From contig CM007990.1 of assembly GCA_002189035.1 (NCBI GenBank), positions 2,914,001-2,978,000 on the forward strand: 64,000 bases of DNA, read 5' to 3'. Made by a program: the position numbers and the translations under genes. The DNA comes from Utricularia gibba. Lineage: Eukaryota; Plantae; Magnoliophyta. Of the stretch, positions 1 to 12,281 are shown in pieces. The notes below the pieces were generated by a model. It ran no database searches. It saw only the letters and a program-made list of their open reading frames with translations, and was not told the DNA's origin. How positions within the stretch are numbered: position 1 is the stretch's first letter; each line of letters begins with the position of its first letter.

Positions 1-1434
1 CAAGAGTTCCAACACATCATATCAGAAGGAATTCTCAACTAGAAAAAGATTCGGAATCTGAGGCTGAAGAGGCAAGGCATGGTGAACAGAGGAGAAACAA
101 TAACAACAGCCCTGATGAGTATGATTCATCTGGTGGTGATGATATAGAACGAAGATTTCAAAGAAATTGGAGGCCAAAACGTGGTGTGAGATATGGTGAA
201 AGACCAAGAGGTAGACACACACGTGAACCCAAGGAATTTGAAAACATCAAGATGAAAATCCCTTCTTTTCAAGGAAAAAACGATCCAAATGCCTACTTGC
301 AGTGGGAAACTCATGTGGAGCACGTGTTTGATTGCCATAACTATTCTCAAGCCAAGAAGATTAAGCTTGCTGTTGTTGAGTGAAAAGAAAGTGAAAAGAG
401 AGTGAAAAGAAAGACGTGAATGAAGGAGTTGTAAAAAGAGTGTTACATGCCAGAAATCCCTTTCTTTTGCTCTTGTTTAAAGAGCCTTTGTCACACAACT
501 CTAACCTACAAGAGAATCTTTCTACTTGTATTAAACTGGTTTTGCAGGAATTCAATGATGTTTTTCCTGAAGAATTACCTGGATTACCTCCATACCGAGG
601 AATAGAACATCAAATTGACCTTGTTCCTGGTGCTCATGGCTAAGGGAATCCATGGCTAAGAACTCATGGCTAAGGGAATCCATGGCTAAGAACATCAAAT
701 CTTTCTACCTATAGGGCCAACCCTGAAGAAACCAAAGAAATCCTACGCCAAGTAGAAGAACTCATGGCTAAGGGAATGGTGAGGGAAAGTGTGAGTCGAT
801 GCTCAGTTCCAGTATTATTGGTGCCAAAACATGATGGAACATGGAGAATGCGCACTGATTGTCGAGCCATTAACCAAATAATGGTTAAGTAAAGTCATCC
901 TATTCCTAGACTTGATGATATGTTAGATGAATTACATGGATCATGCATTTTCTCTATAATTGATTTGCGTAGTGGATATCATCAAATTAGGATGAGAAAG
1001 GGGGATGAATGGAAGGATGCTTTCAAAACTAAGTTTCGTTTATATGAATGGTTGGTTATGCCTTTTGGATTGACTAACGCACCTAGTACTTTTATAAAGT
1101 TAATGAATCATGTACTGCGTCCCTTCCTTGGTAGATTTGTTGTTTTATACTTTGATAATATTCTTGTGTATAGTAAGACACTGGATGAACATACATGTCA
1201 TTTACGTGAGGTGTTGCTCGTCTTTAGAAAAGAGTGTTTGTATGATAATATCAAAAAGTGCGACTTTTGCACAAACAAAATCTTTTTTCTTGGCTATATT
1301 GTAAGTGATTCAGGAATTTTAGTAGATGAAGACAAGGTGAAAGCAATTAGAGAATGGTCAACTCCTACCACAGTTAGAGAACTGCGCAGTTTTCATGGAT
1401 TGGCTAGCTTTTACCGTCGTTTTGTCAAGGATTT
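1..1434 (+). mobile_element. Degenerate CRM-clade Ty3/gypsy gag-pol remnant
   Basis: Gag motif KMKIPSFQGKNDPNAYLQWE (186-383), [61 protein letters not shown] (920-1459). Protease region deleted near 383. Same motifs as the element at 25647-31941. Confidence 0.9.
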
Positions 1435-1928
1435 AGTCTTGAACTCCTACCACAATTGATTGGAGGGTCGTATCATTTAGTCTTGAACAGGTATTTGGGA
1501 GGTTGTTACAGTGCAACCCGACAAGGCACCAGCATCATTGCCAAGATGATCGTGTTCTTCTTGTGGGCGATGATGAAGAAGCTTCCAATCAACTTGGGAT
1601 GGTGGATTGCGACCCAAATGTATTCCATCACCGCTAACAATGAAAGAGTGGATTTGCTTCTCTCATCACCAGGCTTGCCCAACATCTCAAAATGAACCTT
1701 GACAAACAGACCCCTCAAGTAGATAATTATTTCCGTTATCTATATTTGGATGACTTGTTTTCTGGCAGCTACTTGAAGGAAGTTGAGGGAAGGCTGTTTT
1801 CGTGCAAGTGGGTACCAAGAGTATCATCACTTCCATGCCCCCCTCAATTGTGAATCTATCTGGTGCGCCAACAGACGTTCCTCTCACCACTGCACCTTCA
1901 AACCCCACCAAACACACCCTGCTGCTAG
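1435..1928 (+). mobile_element. Fragment resembling a gypsy (Athila/Tat-type) accessory ORF
   Basis: Frameshifted peptide VFFLWAMMKKLPINLGWWIATQM...GFASLITRLAQHL resembles plant-retrotransposon accessory ORF domains; recognised from memory only. Confidence 0.35.
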
Positions 1929-2607
1929 TGTTGTTGTAAGAAAAATAGAGTCTTGGGAAGTAACAAAAAGGTAATGCTTATGAGATCACCTTGGATGAAA
2001 AACGACTCATGAACAATAAGAATGACCGAAAACCTAATTGACACGCATTCCTAGTAGGGTTTATATATACCAATACCTAGGTTACCCAACAGTGGGCCAC
2101 AATCATTGAAAACACACAAAAAGCCCAATAACTCGAATCCAACACTTCCATGCTCGAACCCAACACCTTTTTTTATCTGAAAATATGACATTATGACACA
2201 AGTTTCCAATTACCTTCAAGCTTTGGATTGAGGCTGATCTCCAACACTCCCCCCAGACCGAGATCTCCCAACTTGAGAAAGTCTTCCATAGTCATGAGAT
2301 TCATGTTCTTCCTTGCTAGCGCAAACTGAACTCTGTTCAAACCTTTGGTGAGCCCATCAGCAAGCTGATTCCCACTCTCAACATACTGCACTTTAATCTT
2401 CTTCTCCTTGATGTAATTCCTTATGACATGATACCTGATTCTTATGTGTTTGGCTTTGCTGAAGTTCGTCGTATCCTTGGCAATGGAGATTGCAGCTCAA
2501 TTATCCATAAGCAGATGTGTAGCTTCATGTTGTATGAATCCAAGTTCGTTTAGCATCTGCCTGAACCAAACACAATAGTTCGAAGCATGTGCTGGTGAGA
2601 TGTATTC
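1929..2607 (-). mobile_element. 3' end of a short-LTR Ty1/copia element (RNase H, PPT, 3' LTR)
   Basis: Minus-strand RNase H ..KHIRIRYHVIRNY..VQYVESGNQLADGLTK; PPT GGGGGGAG at 2247-2254; LTR 1929-2246 (TGTTGG...CAACA). Confidence 0.9.
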
Positions 2608-4842
2608 TGTTGGAGATCAGCCTCAATCCAAAGTTTGAAGGTGATTGGAAGTACTAATCTTGTGTTATAATGTTATATTTCAGATAAAAGGTGTTGAGTT
2701 CGAGCATGGAAGTGTTGGATTCGAGTTGTTTGGCTTTTTGTGTGTTTTCAATGATTGTGGCCCACTGTTGGGTAACCTAGGTATTGGGTATATATAAACC
2801 CTACTAGGAATGCGTGTCTATGAAGGTTTTCGGTCATTCTTATTGTTCATGAGTCGTTTTTCATCCAAGGTGATCTCATAAGCATTTCCTTTTTGTTACT
2901 TCCCAAGACTCTATTTTTCTTGCAACAACATGGTATCAGGGCAGTAAGGTTCTCAAACCTGTGTTCGTTTCAGTGTTTTATATACCGTTCAGCGTTTTTT
3001 ACTTGGTAGATTACCAAGTATCAACCCAAAGCTTGTCAAGCGGTGGGTATGATGGCATCTGGTGGAGGACCTCCAATATTTGATGGTTTAGAGTATGGAA
3101 GATGGGTCAAAAAGATGCGCAGCTAACTTCGGGTCAGAAAGATTTGGGATGTTGTTGAAAGGGAGATTCCGGCTTTTACAATAACAAGCAAATCCACATC
3201 AGAACAGCAAGAGGAAGCTGAGTATCTTCAACAGAGAAAAGATGAAGCAATGGATGCCTTGTATCAAGCCATCTCTGAACATTTATTCGATGAGATTGCA
3301 GAGTGTGAATCAGCAAAAGAAATATGAGATACTCTGAAATCCCATTATGAAGGCGATGCCAAACTCAGAGAGATATTATGCAAAAACAAGCTGGAGGACA
3401 TTGAGAGGAACAAAATGTTAGACAATGAAACAATACAAGTCTATTATGAACGTATTGCGAAGCTTGTGAAGGAGATTCGAGGATTAGGGGAAAACTTGAG
3501 GATCAAAAGGTGATTAGCAACGCAATCATGAGCCTACCTGCAAGATTCGAGCCAAAGTTATGTGCACTTGAGACAGAAAGAAAAATCCTTGACATTATTG
3601 AAGGAAAGCTCCATCAGCTGTATCCTGAATATCCTGTTACACCAGAGCCAACATTTAGAGAGTTCATTATTGAGTTGCAATCTACAGAAAAGAGATTGGA
3701 ACTAAGAGATGGTTATGAAGTTGAGAAAACTTATGGTGAAGCTGCTCTCCTCACCAAAATGCAGAATATGAATATAACCTCAGGTGCAATTAACAATGTC
3801 AAGGATGTCAAATCAACAGCCATCAAACAATCACCAACGTCAATCCCCACATCAACGATGGGCAATCAGAAGTGCAGGCATTGTGACAAATCCAACCATA
3901 AGAGTGAAGATTGTTGGACTTTAAGCACAAATGCTTGCAAGCATTGTAACAAACAGAATCACAGGAGTGAGTTTTGTTGGTGGAAGCCTGATGCTTTGTG
4001 CACGAAATGCAATCAAAGAGGCCATCTTGACAAGGTATGTGGAATGTCAAATCCAATAAAAGTTGAGCATAACAAGAAGGCTACTTCCAGGGAAGAGAAA
4101 TCACATGCATCCTTTACCTACTTTGAAAATGAGCCAGAAATATCTTTTAAAGATCCTTTTGAGTATGAGTGTGCTCTAATGACAGTAGCCTCAGATGCTA
4201 AAGGCTGGTACTTGGACTCTGGCGCCTCCTATCATGTATGTTGTGATACAAGGTCATTTCTCAAGCTTGAAAAGATTGGGAAGGAGGTAAGCACGTGCAC
4301 TGGTGAAAATATTGGCATTGTGGGCAAAAGAAGCATTTTACTCTTGCTAAAAGAAGGAATTGTTCAAGTTGATGATGTTTATTATTCACCAAACCTCAAA
4401 CAGAACCTGTTGAGCTTTGGCCAATTAAGCAGGCAAGGTTTTTACATTGAGCTGATGAAGGATGCTGGTGGTATAACCACTACAGTTAAGGTTGCTGATC
4501 CAAAAACGAAGATTGAATTCCATGCTGTGTTAACCACCTACAACCTCTACCAAATCATGGTCAGTGATCATAAAAGGTTTATTTTCTCACGTCAGGATCA
4601 AAGCAGCCTTTGGCACAAACGTTTTGGGCACTATAGCTTCAACAATCTGAAAATATTGTAGAAGAATAAGGAAGTACTGGAATTGAAAGACATCAAGTTT
4701 GCTAATGCCATATGTGAGGTGTGCCATCAAAATAAACAGTGTAGAAAGCCCTTTTATTCTAGTGATTCAGTAGCAAAGGAGAAATTAGAGCTTGTGCATA
4801 CAGATTTTTGTGGACCATTTAACGAATGTTCATTAAGGGGAG
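2608..4842 (+). mobile_element. 5' half of a same-family Ty1/copia element (Ivana/Ale-like, lineage tentative), truncated in integrase
   Basis: LTR 2608-2930; PBS TGGTATCAGG at 2931; gag from ~3049 with in-frame stops; three CCHC knuckles; protease WYLDSGASYH; pre-integrase LWHKRFGH; integrase start CEVC..LELVHTDFCGP ending abruptly near 4842. Confidence 0.9.
2931..2941 (+). promoter_or_regulatory. Primer-binding site (tRNA-iMet)
   Basis: TGGTATCAGGG directly after LTR end CAACAACA; near match to canonical TGGTATCAGAGC. Confidence 0.8.
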
Positions 4843-6258
4843 TACACATTACAAGCGTACGGGTTAATGTCGCCATTGTTTCATACCAAACGCAATTACA
4901 ACTGGATTCATGGGTTGCTTTCCACAACTTCCGGGGTGCGTACACATTAGCCCTCATCCCCGTTGCATCAAGCTGCGTCACTGTACACAAGAAGATCCTG
5001 ATCCATCTAAGGTAACGCATGAAACAGGCCTTGCGGTCAGCATACATTGGATACTATGAATTTGTTGCAGCAGATTCTTTGGCCAAAGACGAGCTCGTGC
5101 GCACTAAGTCATCATCACCAAAAGCTTCGCGAAGAGGATCTCATTCCAAGCATCCGGCACCCCAGGCAAGCACCAGTGGCTGCAGTCTTGAAAACGCCAA
5201 TCTGATGCCTTGTCCCTCTCGTTGTACCATCTTCTTCAGAATACGGATGGATGCCCATCTTTGCGGTAGTCTGTCATTCTTGTTATGTTGAGATATGATA
5301 CTCGAGTTCTCATTCCACTCAGCACTTGCTCCAAAACAAGCATCTTGTCCAGGTAAGGAGTGAGGTACTTGTGGTTTGTTATTGGCTCTGTTTCGTTGCT
5401 GCATTGCCCACCTGAGTTCCACTGCCCGCCCCTTCAAGCGCAACCGCAAAGCATTGTGAGGAACACAAAGAATCACAGCTAGATCCCTCGATTCATGTAC
5501 CGGTGTGGATTTGCAGGAAACTGGAGCTCACCTAAAATGAGATGCCGAGTAGCCTCTGAAGAAGATCAGGGACTTGTTTGGGTTGATATTCGAGTCGATC
5601 CACCCATGTCGTCAAAGCTTTTCGATACGCTTCGATATCATTCAGTTCTTTGTACACGTGTTTGCCCTCTTGATAGTAATCCTTCCTGCGGCATACATAA
5701 GATGTAACATGACAGGGAGCTTCAGTTTAAGGTTCTTGTCACGGAAACATGGAATTTTTACCCTGCTGTAGTCTTCTCATGAGTCCACCAATGTCCACTG
5801 TTGAAAACAATGATGTCTGCATCTGTATATCTTGCCGAAGACTTGCCCATAAGATCTAGTCTTAAGGTTTCCTTCTTTTTTCCGTTTTTCGAGCCAACAA
5901 TCCACTCTTGAACCAGGTAAGGCGCCATGAAGAACTCTACTGTGCAGTTGTATTCCTGCAATCACCGTCCACGCACACAGTTATGTGGCGTCATCCATCA
6001 GCTGGGATCAGAAAGACTTTAACCGTCGAAGGCGTTAGCAGGCTTACTTGGAAGATGAAGGAAAAATGAGCATCGTTCCTGAAACTCTGCCTCCCCTTTT
6101 CCTCATATAATGTAGTCTCATCTTTCACAGATTGCTTCAAAATGCATATCAAAGATTCCCACATGTTGCTGTTGAGAGAGTCCCCCACGAAAACCAGGCG
6201 TTTCCCTTTTAGTAATTCCAACATGTGCTTTCCGTCCAACCGGAAAGCGTGCAATGTT
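4843..6258 (-). pseudogene. 5'-truncated TBL (trichome birefringence-like, PC-esterase) pseudogene with introns and 3' UTR-like tail
   Basis: Exons ~6258-6048, 5955-5762, 5685-5532, 5431-5104; GT-AG introns 6047-5956, 5761-5686, 5531-5432. Motifs RLVFVGDS, FNSGHWWTHEK, RKDGHPS and [15 protein letters not shown]. Frameshift near 5603 and premature TGA at 5238-5236. Confidence 0.9.
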
Positions 6259-6370
6259 GAGCATCCCTGTGTTTGACGTATACCGTATTCCAAGATCTGT
6301 GTTTGGAGTTTCTCAAAAATTTTAAATTCTGCTTCTTTTGTGACATATGATGTCTATGAGAAACCCAACA
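6259..6370 (+). mobile_element. Terminal ~110 bp of an Angela-family LTR
   Basis: Matches the 3' end of the LTR at 34825-36292 (..TACCGTATTCCAAGATCTG..GAGAAACCCAACA). Confidence 0.8.
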
Positions 6371-6598
6371 ATCAGATCCATATATATGGCTGGTGCATTC
6401 ATCAACCCAAAAGAAACCACCTTGCACTCGGAGTTCCCATACCTACTTTTAAAAGCTGTCTTAGGAATATCCTCGTCCTTCACACACAACTGATGGTTCC
6501 CTGAGCGTTAATCCAACTTGGAGAAAATCGTTGCTCGTTGCAACTGGTCAAATAAATCATCTATTCTTGATAATGGATACTTATTCTTCACTGTCACC

Positions 6599-6857
6599 TG
6601 TTGAAATTCAGAGTCCGATGGGTCAGGCAAGTGCACGCGTGAAGCCCAAGTACACAAGAAACGTAGATCACAATAGAAAAGATTAGGCCCACTGTTGGGG
6701 TAACCTAGGTATTGGGTATATATAAACCCTACTAGAAATGCGTGTCAATTAGGTTTTCGGTCATTCTTATTATTCATAATTCGTTTTTCATCCAAGATGA
6801 TCTAATAAATATTACCTTTTTGTTACTTCCCAAGACTCTATTTTTCTTGCAACAACA
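6599..6857 (+). mobile_element. Solo LTR related to the short-LTR copia family, inserted in Tekay RT
   Basis: From ~6686 (GGCCCACTGTTGGG) to CAACAACA it matches 2758-2930. The first ~87 bp are unrelated. Tekay RT reads through across the insertion point. Confidence 0.75.
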
Positions 6858-7907
6858 TGTTGAGTTCTTGTAGTCATAACACTATCTCAAACTTCCATCT
6901 TTCTTCTTGACAAATAGAACTGGCACTCCCCATGATGATGTACTTGGCCTAATACGTCCCATGTCCAGTAGTTCACGTAGTTGCTTCTACTGCTCCATCT
7001 GCTCTCAATGCGCCATGGGGTATGGGGCCTTGGATATTGGTTTTTTGATAGCAACTCAATCGACAGCTCCACTTCCCATCTAGGTGGATGACCTAGTAGC
7101 TCATCTGGGAAGACATCACTGAACTCATTTACAATTGGAATGGTAATTGGTGTGCTAGGAAAATTATCTAGAGACGCATCCTTCTCAAACCGTAGTAGCT
7201 TCCAATCCTTTAGTCTTAGTTCCCTCCTCCCACAATCAATCAGCAGCTCAAACTTGACCAGCCAATCCATTCCCAAGATTACATCAAAGTCAAATAGTTC
7301 TAACTCCCTTAAATCCACTAGAAGCCACTTGTCACCAATCTCAACCAGGCATTGGGGGTATATCTTCCTAGACCTAAGTTTATAAGGCCCTGCTAGGGTT
7401 ACCACCTTGGTAAACTGATACGACCCTCCAATCAACAAGTGATTGGCAAACCAGATCTTGGTTGAAAGAAGCAATCTCTCAAGGAAAAGAAGTTGGCCCT
7501 CAAAGATTAAAAGATCCTTGCAATCCAAACTATGAAATGATACCACACTCATAGAATCAAGGATATTAAAAGAAGTGATATGCCTAGAACTCTCCGCTTC
7601 GATCATTGCAAACACACGAGGCTTTGTAGTTGCTCTGTCCTTGGTCGCACCTCCATGCATCCTTCTAGTGGTCCTGAATGGAAATTCAGCAATTAAACGG
7701 CCTTCATTCCCACAAGCAAACATAGTTACCATCATATACTCTTGATGAAGTCTGTCAAACTCCATTTTTTTGGCATGTCTCAACTCATCCGGAAAGAAGT
7801 TTTCATAAAACACAGTCTTGAATTCTGTCCAGGTGGTGTCTAAACCATTCACAACATTGCCGTCAATGCTCCTCCGCCATGCTGCAGCATCGTTCTCATC
7901 TCCTTAG

Positions 7908-9000
7908 TGATGAGTTTGCTTACAATAGAACCATGCATCTGACTACTAAATTATCTCCATTTGAAGTCGTTTATGGTTTTAATCCTCTTACACCTTTGGA
8001 TATGTTACCTTTGCCTTGTGATGAGAAAGTTAGTTTGGATGGCAAGAAGAGAGCTGATGCAATCAGAAGATTGCATGAAAAGGTGAAACAACAGATTGAA
8101 TGCAACAATGCAAAGTATGCATCAGCAGCAAACAAGGGGAGACGCAAAGTTGTATTTGAACCTGGAGATTGGGTTTAGCTTCATCTTAGGAAGGAGAGAT
8201 TTCCCACAAAGAGAAAGTCCAAACTTCTACCTCGTGGAGATGGCCCTTTCCAAGTTGTTGAGCGCGTTAATGATAATGCGTACAAGCTAGATTTACCAGG
8301 TGAGTATTCTGTTCATTCAACTTTCAATGTTGCTGATTTGTCTCTTTTCGACATGGATACAGATTCAGGGACGAATCTTCCTAAAGAAAGGGGGGATGAT
8401 GAGCCCCAAGAAGATAATGAAGTGTATTTGAAGAATGATGAGGAGTTTGTTCAAGTGAACAAATTAGAAAGAAAGATGATTCCACCAGGACCAATGACTA
8501 GGAGCAAGACAAAGATGGTTGAAGATACACTTAAGCGTCTACTCAATACCATTGGAATCAAACATGGGCTTGAAGACATCCCATCAAAAGAGCTCAACTA
8601 CTTGAAGATGGACTTAACTTAGAGCATTGGGCTTGTTAGACTTTTCTATTTCATTTAGTTTGGACTATGTAATGTTAGAGCCCAATTCTAGAGTATAAAT
8701 ACTCTAGAGATGTACTAATTCAGGATCTTTGGTCATTTTATGTATCTTGTGAGGATTCCCTTCTCCTTTGAGTGCTTGAACACTCTTAACTTATCAAGCT
8801 TTGAGCTTGTGGCGTTCTAGGATTATCACTTCCAATCAATCTCTCTTTTCTGAAGTGTGGCTCCTAATTTTCTTTGTTTCGAAGTCTGGTTGCAAGAGAT
8901 TTATTCTCTTGAGGGTAGACTTGGGTGGGTTCTCTTCTAAGCTTCAAAATCACCTCTTTTTTGTGGGTTGCTAATCTCTGTAGATTAGAGGGTCACATCA
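7908..9000 (+). mobile_element. Internally deleted CRM element (7 bp of 5' LTR + integrase end + complete 3' LTR)
   Basis: TSD CTTAG at 7903-7907 and 9001-9005. Starts TGATGAG (LTR start) fused to integrase; 3' LTR 8397-9000. About 11 differences from 30852-31941 by eye. Confidence 0.9.
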
Positions 9001-12000
9001 CTTAGGTGCTTGTATCAACTCTAACTTCTCTTCCAACCTCAGAATCTAGGCTTCTGCCTCGTCAAGTGTTCCTGACTTGAAAGTTTGGTCACCGACCTTC
9101 TTGAGTGACTCATGGTAATCGTTTGCTTCCTTGACATTTTTGCAAGCTGCCTTTCACTAGCAACTGCCTTGCCTGAGTTCCCCACATTATTCCTCATCAC
9201 ATTAGCACACACATTAGTGAGGCTTGTCACAGCTGCAGACAACTTTTGAAATAGCTCTTGCATGGCTTCTTCACGTCCAGACCTTGCTAATGCCCTTGGC
9301 ATTGTGTCTGGTTCACGAGACTCCTGACTTGGTTCCTCAGACACCTCAGTGCTTACTGACTTTCCCCTACGAGTTCCTCTTCTAACCATCTTGCAAACTT
9401 GTGATCACACATATGTAAATGACACCCTTCAATGATTATCACACATAAAACGTTTTAAACCTTTTAAACCTTTGCTCTGATACCACACTGTCAAGAGGCA
9501 GCAGTCATGACTGTCAAGCCCTAGATATAGGACTCTAACGCAACCTTACCCACGTAATTTACATAGAGAACAACTTAGGCCCTATTTACATACATATTGT
9601 TACGTCACTAGCTTAGAATGCATAAGAACGACGGCAAGCCTAAATGAGACACATCCACAAGCACACCTTATTATCCTACAGCCGCTAAGTAGCTCTCCAC
9701 ATATTGGAAAGGCACACTCTTACTTTGGTTGATCACCTTATTTTCGTTGATTCTTCAAATTTTCGTTGATTTTTAGTCTCTCTTGACTCTTCAAATTTTC
9801 GTTGATTTTTCTTGTAGAAAGAAGATTAGCAAAATCTACATAATAGGGTTCCTTAATCTTACCTGAGAGTGAGATTGCATTGATTAATTTATTAGGGAAA
9901 ATTTCAGCTATCTCCTCTCCATCTTTCATGTCCCCCTAAGACATTAGATGTCTAATGGCTACATGGTCAATATGAACAATAAGTCTCCTACCAATTAAAT
10001 AACTCCTAAATTTGTCCAGAGCAATGACAATTGCCAGCATTTCATTTTCTGTAGTCATGTAATTTCGTCAGGCTTCATCCATCATTTTAGAAGCATCACA
10101 TGATTCATTCCATTGATCTTTTGACCCAGCACCACGCCTGTTGAGAAATTAGAAGCATCACACATATCATGAAATGGTTTGTTCTAGTTTGGGATTCGGA
10201 TCATCAGTGTTGTTATCACAGCTTCCTTCAGCTTGTTGAAAGCCTCATTAGTATGATCTGAAAATTCAAACTTGGCATCCTATTTCTACTAATCAATCAA
10301 GGGTTTTGTGACAGCTGAAAAATCCTTAATGAACTTGCGATAAAAACCCACATGCCCAAAAAATGATCATATTCCTTTGACATCCTGAGGTGAGGTGAGA
10401 TTAGAAATCGTATCAACTTTAGGAAGATCAACACATAAACCCTCAAGCAAAACCACATGTCCTAACATAATCCCTTGTCTAACCATGAAATGGCATTTTT
10501 CAGACCTATGCACCAAATCTTTCTCAACACATTTACCTAAAACATTCATCAAAGTTTGATCCATGTAATGTAAAATCATCCGTGAAAACCTCCATGCTTA
10601 TATCAATGAAATCAGAAAATATACTTGTTACACACCTCTGAAATGTTGCAGAGCATTACATAGACCAAAAGGCATTCTCCTATATGAAAAAGTACCAAAT
10701 GAGTAGGTAAATGTTGGCTTCTCTTGATCCTCGGGTGCAACCTCCACTTGGTTGTAACCTGAATAACCATCAAGAAAGTAGTAATCTCCCTTACCACTAA
10801 GCTTATCAAGCATTTGATCAATAAAGGGGAGGAGATAGTGGTCCTTTCGCGTGACATCGTTCAACTTTCAATAGTCAATACAAACTCTGCATCCATTCTG
10901 CACTCGGGTAGTGATTTGTTTCCCTTCAGAGTTTGTGACAACTGTGATTCTAGTATTCTTAGGCACCCATGGATCAGACTGACCATTTGCTGTCCAATGT
11001 GGGATAAATGATCTCCTCCTTATATAGCTTCTCTACTTCCTTCTTCACAACTTCCATAAATGACAGACTAAGTCGCCTTTGCGCCTGTCAAATTGACTTG
11101 GCATCATCCTCCAGTAGTATCCGATGCGTGCAAACCGATGGGCAGGTTCTCTAGATGTCCTCCAGAGTCCAACTAATCGCCTTCCTATGCTTCTTCAACA
11201 CCTCCAATAGCTTTTAATCCTACTCAAAAGTTAGATATGCACTAACAGTAATAGGCAAAGTCTTACTATCTCTCAAAAATATACTTTATGTGTTTGGGGA
11301 GTGGCTTCAAAGACCTCTCAACATCCTGCTCAGGTGCCGAACTTATTTCTTCATTAACTTCCTCAATGATGACTAATTGTTCCATCTGTTGGGCATAGAC
11401 CTCTTCTACCAATTCATCAATAATATCCCTATGGTCATCAGCATCTCTCTTTCCGGCATGCTCTTCTTCCATAATTGTTCCTACTCCATTCATGCCAACC
11501 TCTGGTTCTCCAGCTCTCAAAATTACAAAATCATCCTTATATCCAAGAGTTATTCTCCCTTCTTACATTTGATGTGCACGTCAGCTATAGCAAAGAACGG
11601 CCTTCCCAAAATAATAGTGTTATCATCTACTTTTGTTGGAGGTATTTTCACCACTAGAAAGTCAACTAGGTACAAGGTCTTTGACAATTGCACTAGCACA
11701 TCTTTGGTGATTCCTTTTGGTAAGGCAGTCACTCTTGTCACTAGAATCAGTCTCGTGTTGATCTTCCTCAAGGGTTGAGTCCAAGAGACTCATAGACGTC
11801 CAGTGGTATCCTTTTTATTGATGCTTCTGGTCAGCCATAGCTCTCGGTATTTCCCTTCCTCCAATCTTTGAAGAAATATAATAAGTCCTTGTATCTCCAC
11901 ATTTCTAGGGAAGTCCCTTGTGAATTAGAGTAGTAATACTAGAATTAATCTTCACATCTTCCTAACCAGTAAAAGCAAACTTCGAATCTGAGCAAAATTC

Positions 12001-12281
12001 CTTCAGTATTTTGAGTTCTCTTGGAACCTACATCAAATAATCGACTGCCTTCATGGTCACCATGGCCGAGTTGAAGGTCGACATAATTGTTTGCACTTCA
12101 GCTTTCTTTTTATTATTCCTTAGCCTCCTTGAAAATGGGGGATGAGTCACCTTTATCTCGATCTTCTCTTTGGTGACTGGGTGTGCAAACTAACCCTCGA
12201 CATTGTCTTCTTCAACATTTTCTTCTTTGACTGTTTCTAGAGCTGGTCCATTGATGGGCTGACTCAGGGACTGAATCACCT

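Larger units (their letters stand above)
6371..9737 (-). mobile_element. Degenerate Tekay/Del Ty3/gypsy (LTR end, PBS, gag, protease, RT), interrupted twice
   Basis: PBS TGGTATCAGAGC at 9485-9474; LTR end from 9489; gag MVRRGTRR.. and TWTEFKTVFYENFFP; protease FDVILGMDWL; [21 protein letters not shown]. Interrupted by 6599-6857 and 7908-9000. Confidence 0.85.

Noticed and set aside
4843-6258. TBL as a functional gene or a retrocopy
   Set aside because: It lacks the 5' exons and has a frameshift and a premature stop. Three introns are retained, so it is not a processed copy.
2608-6857. One intact copia element with LTRs 2608-2930 and 6599-6857 carrying TBL as cargo
   Set aside because: The flanks TATTC and TGTTG do not match, the LTR 5' halves differ, no PPT is seen, and Tekay RT is continuous across the second LTR.
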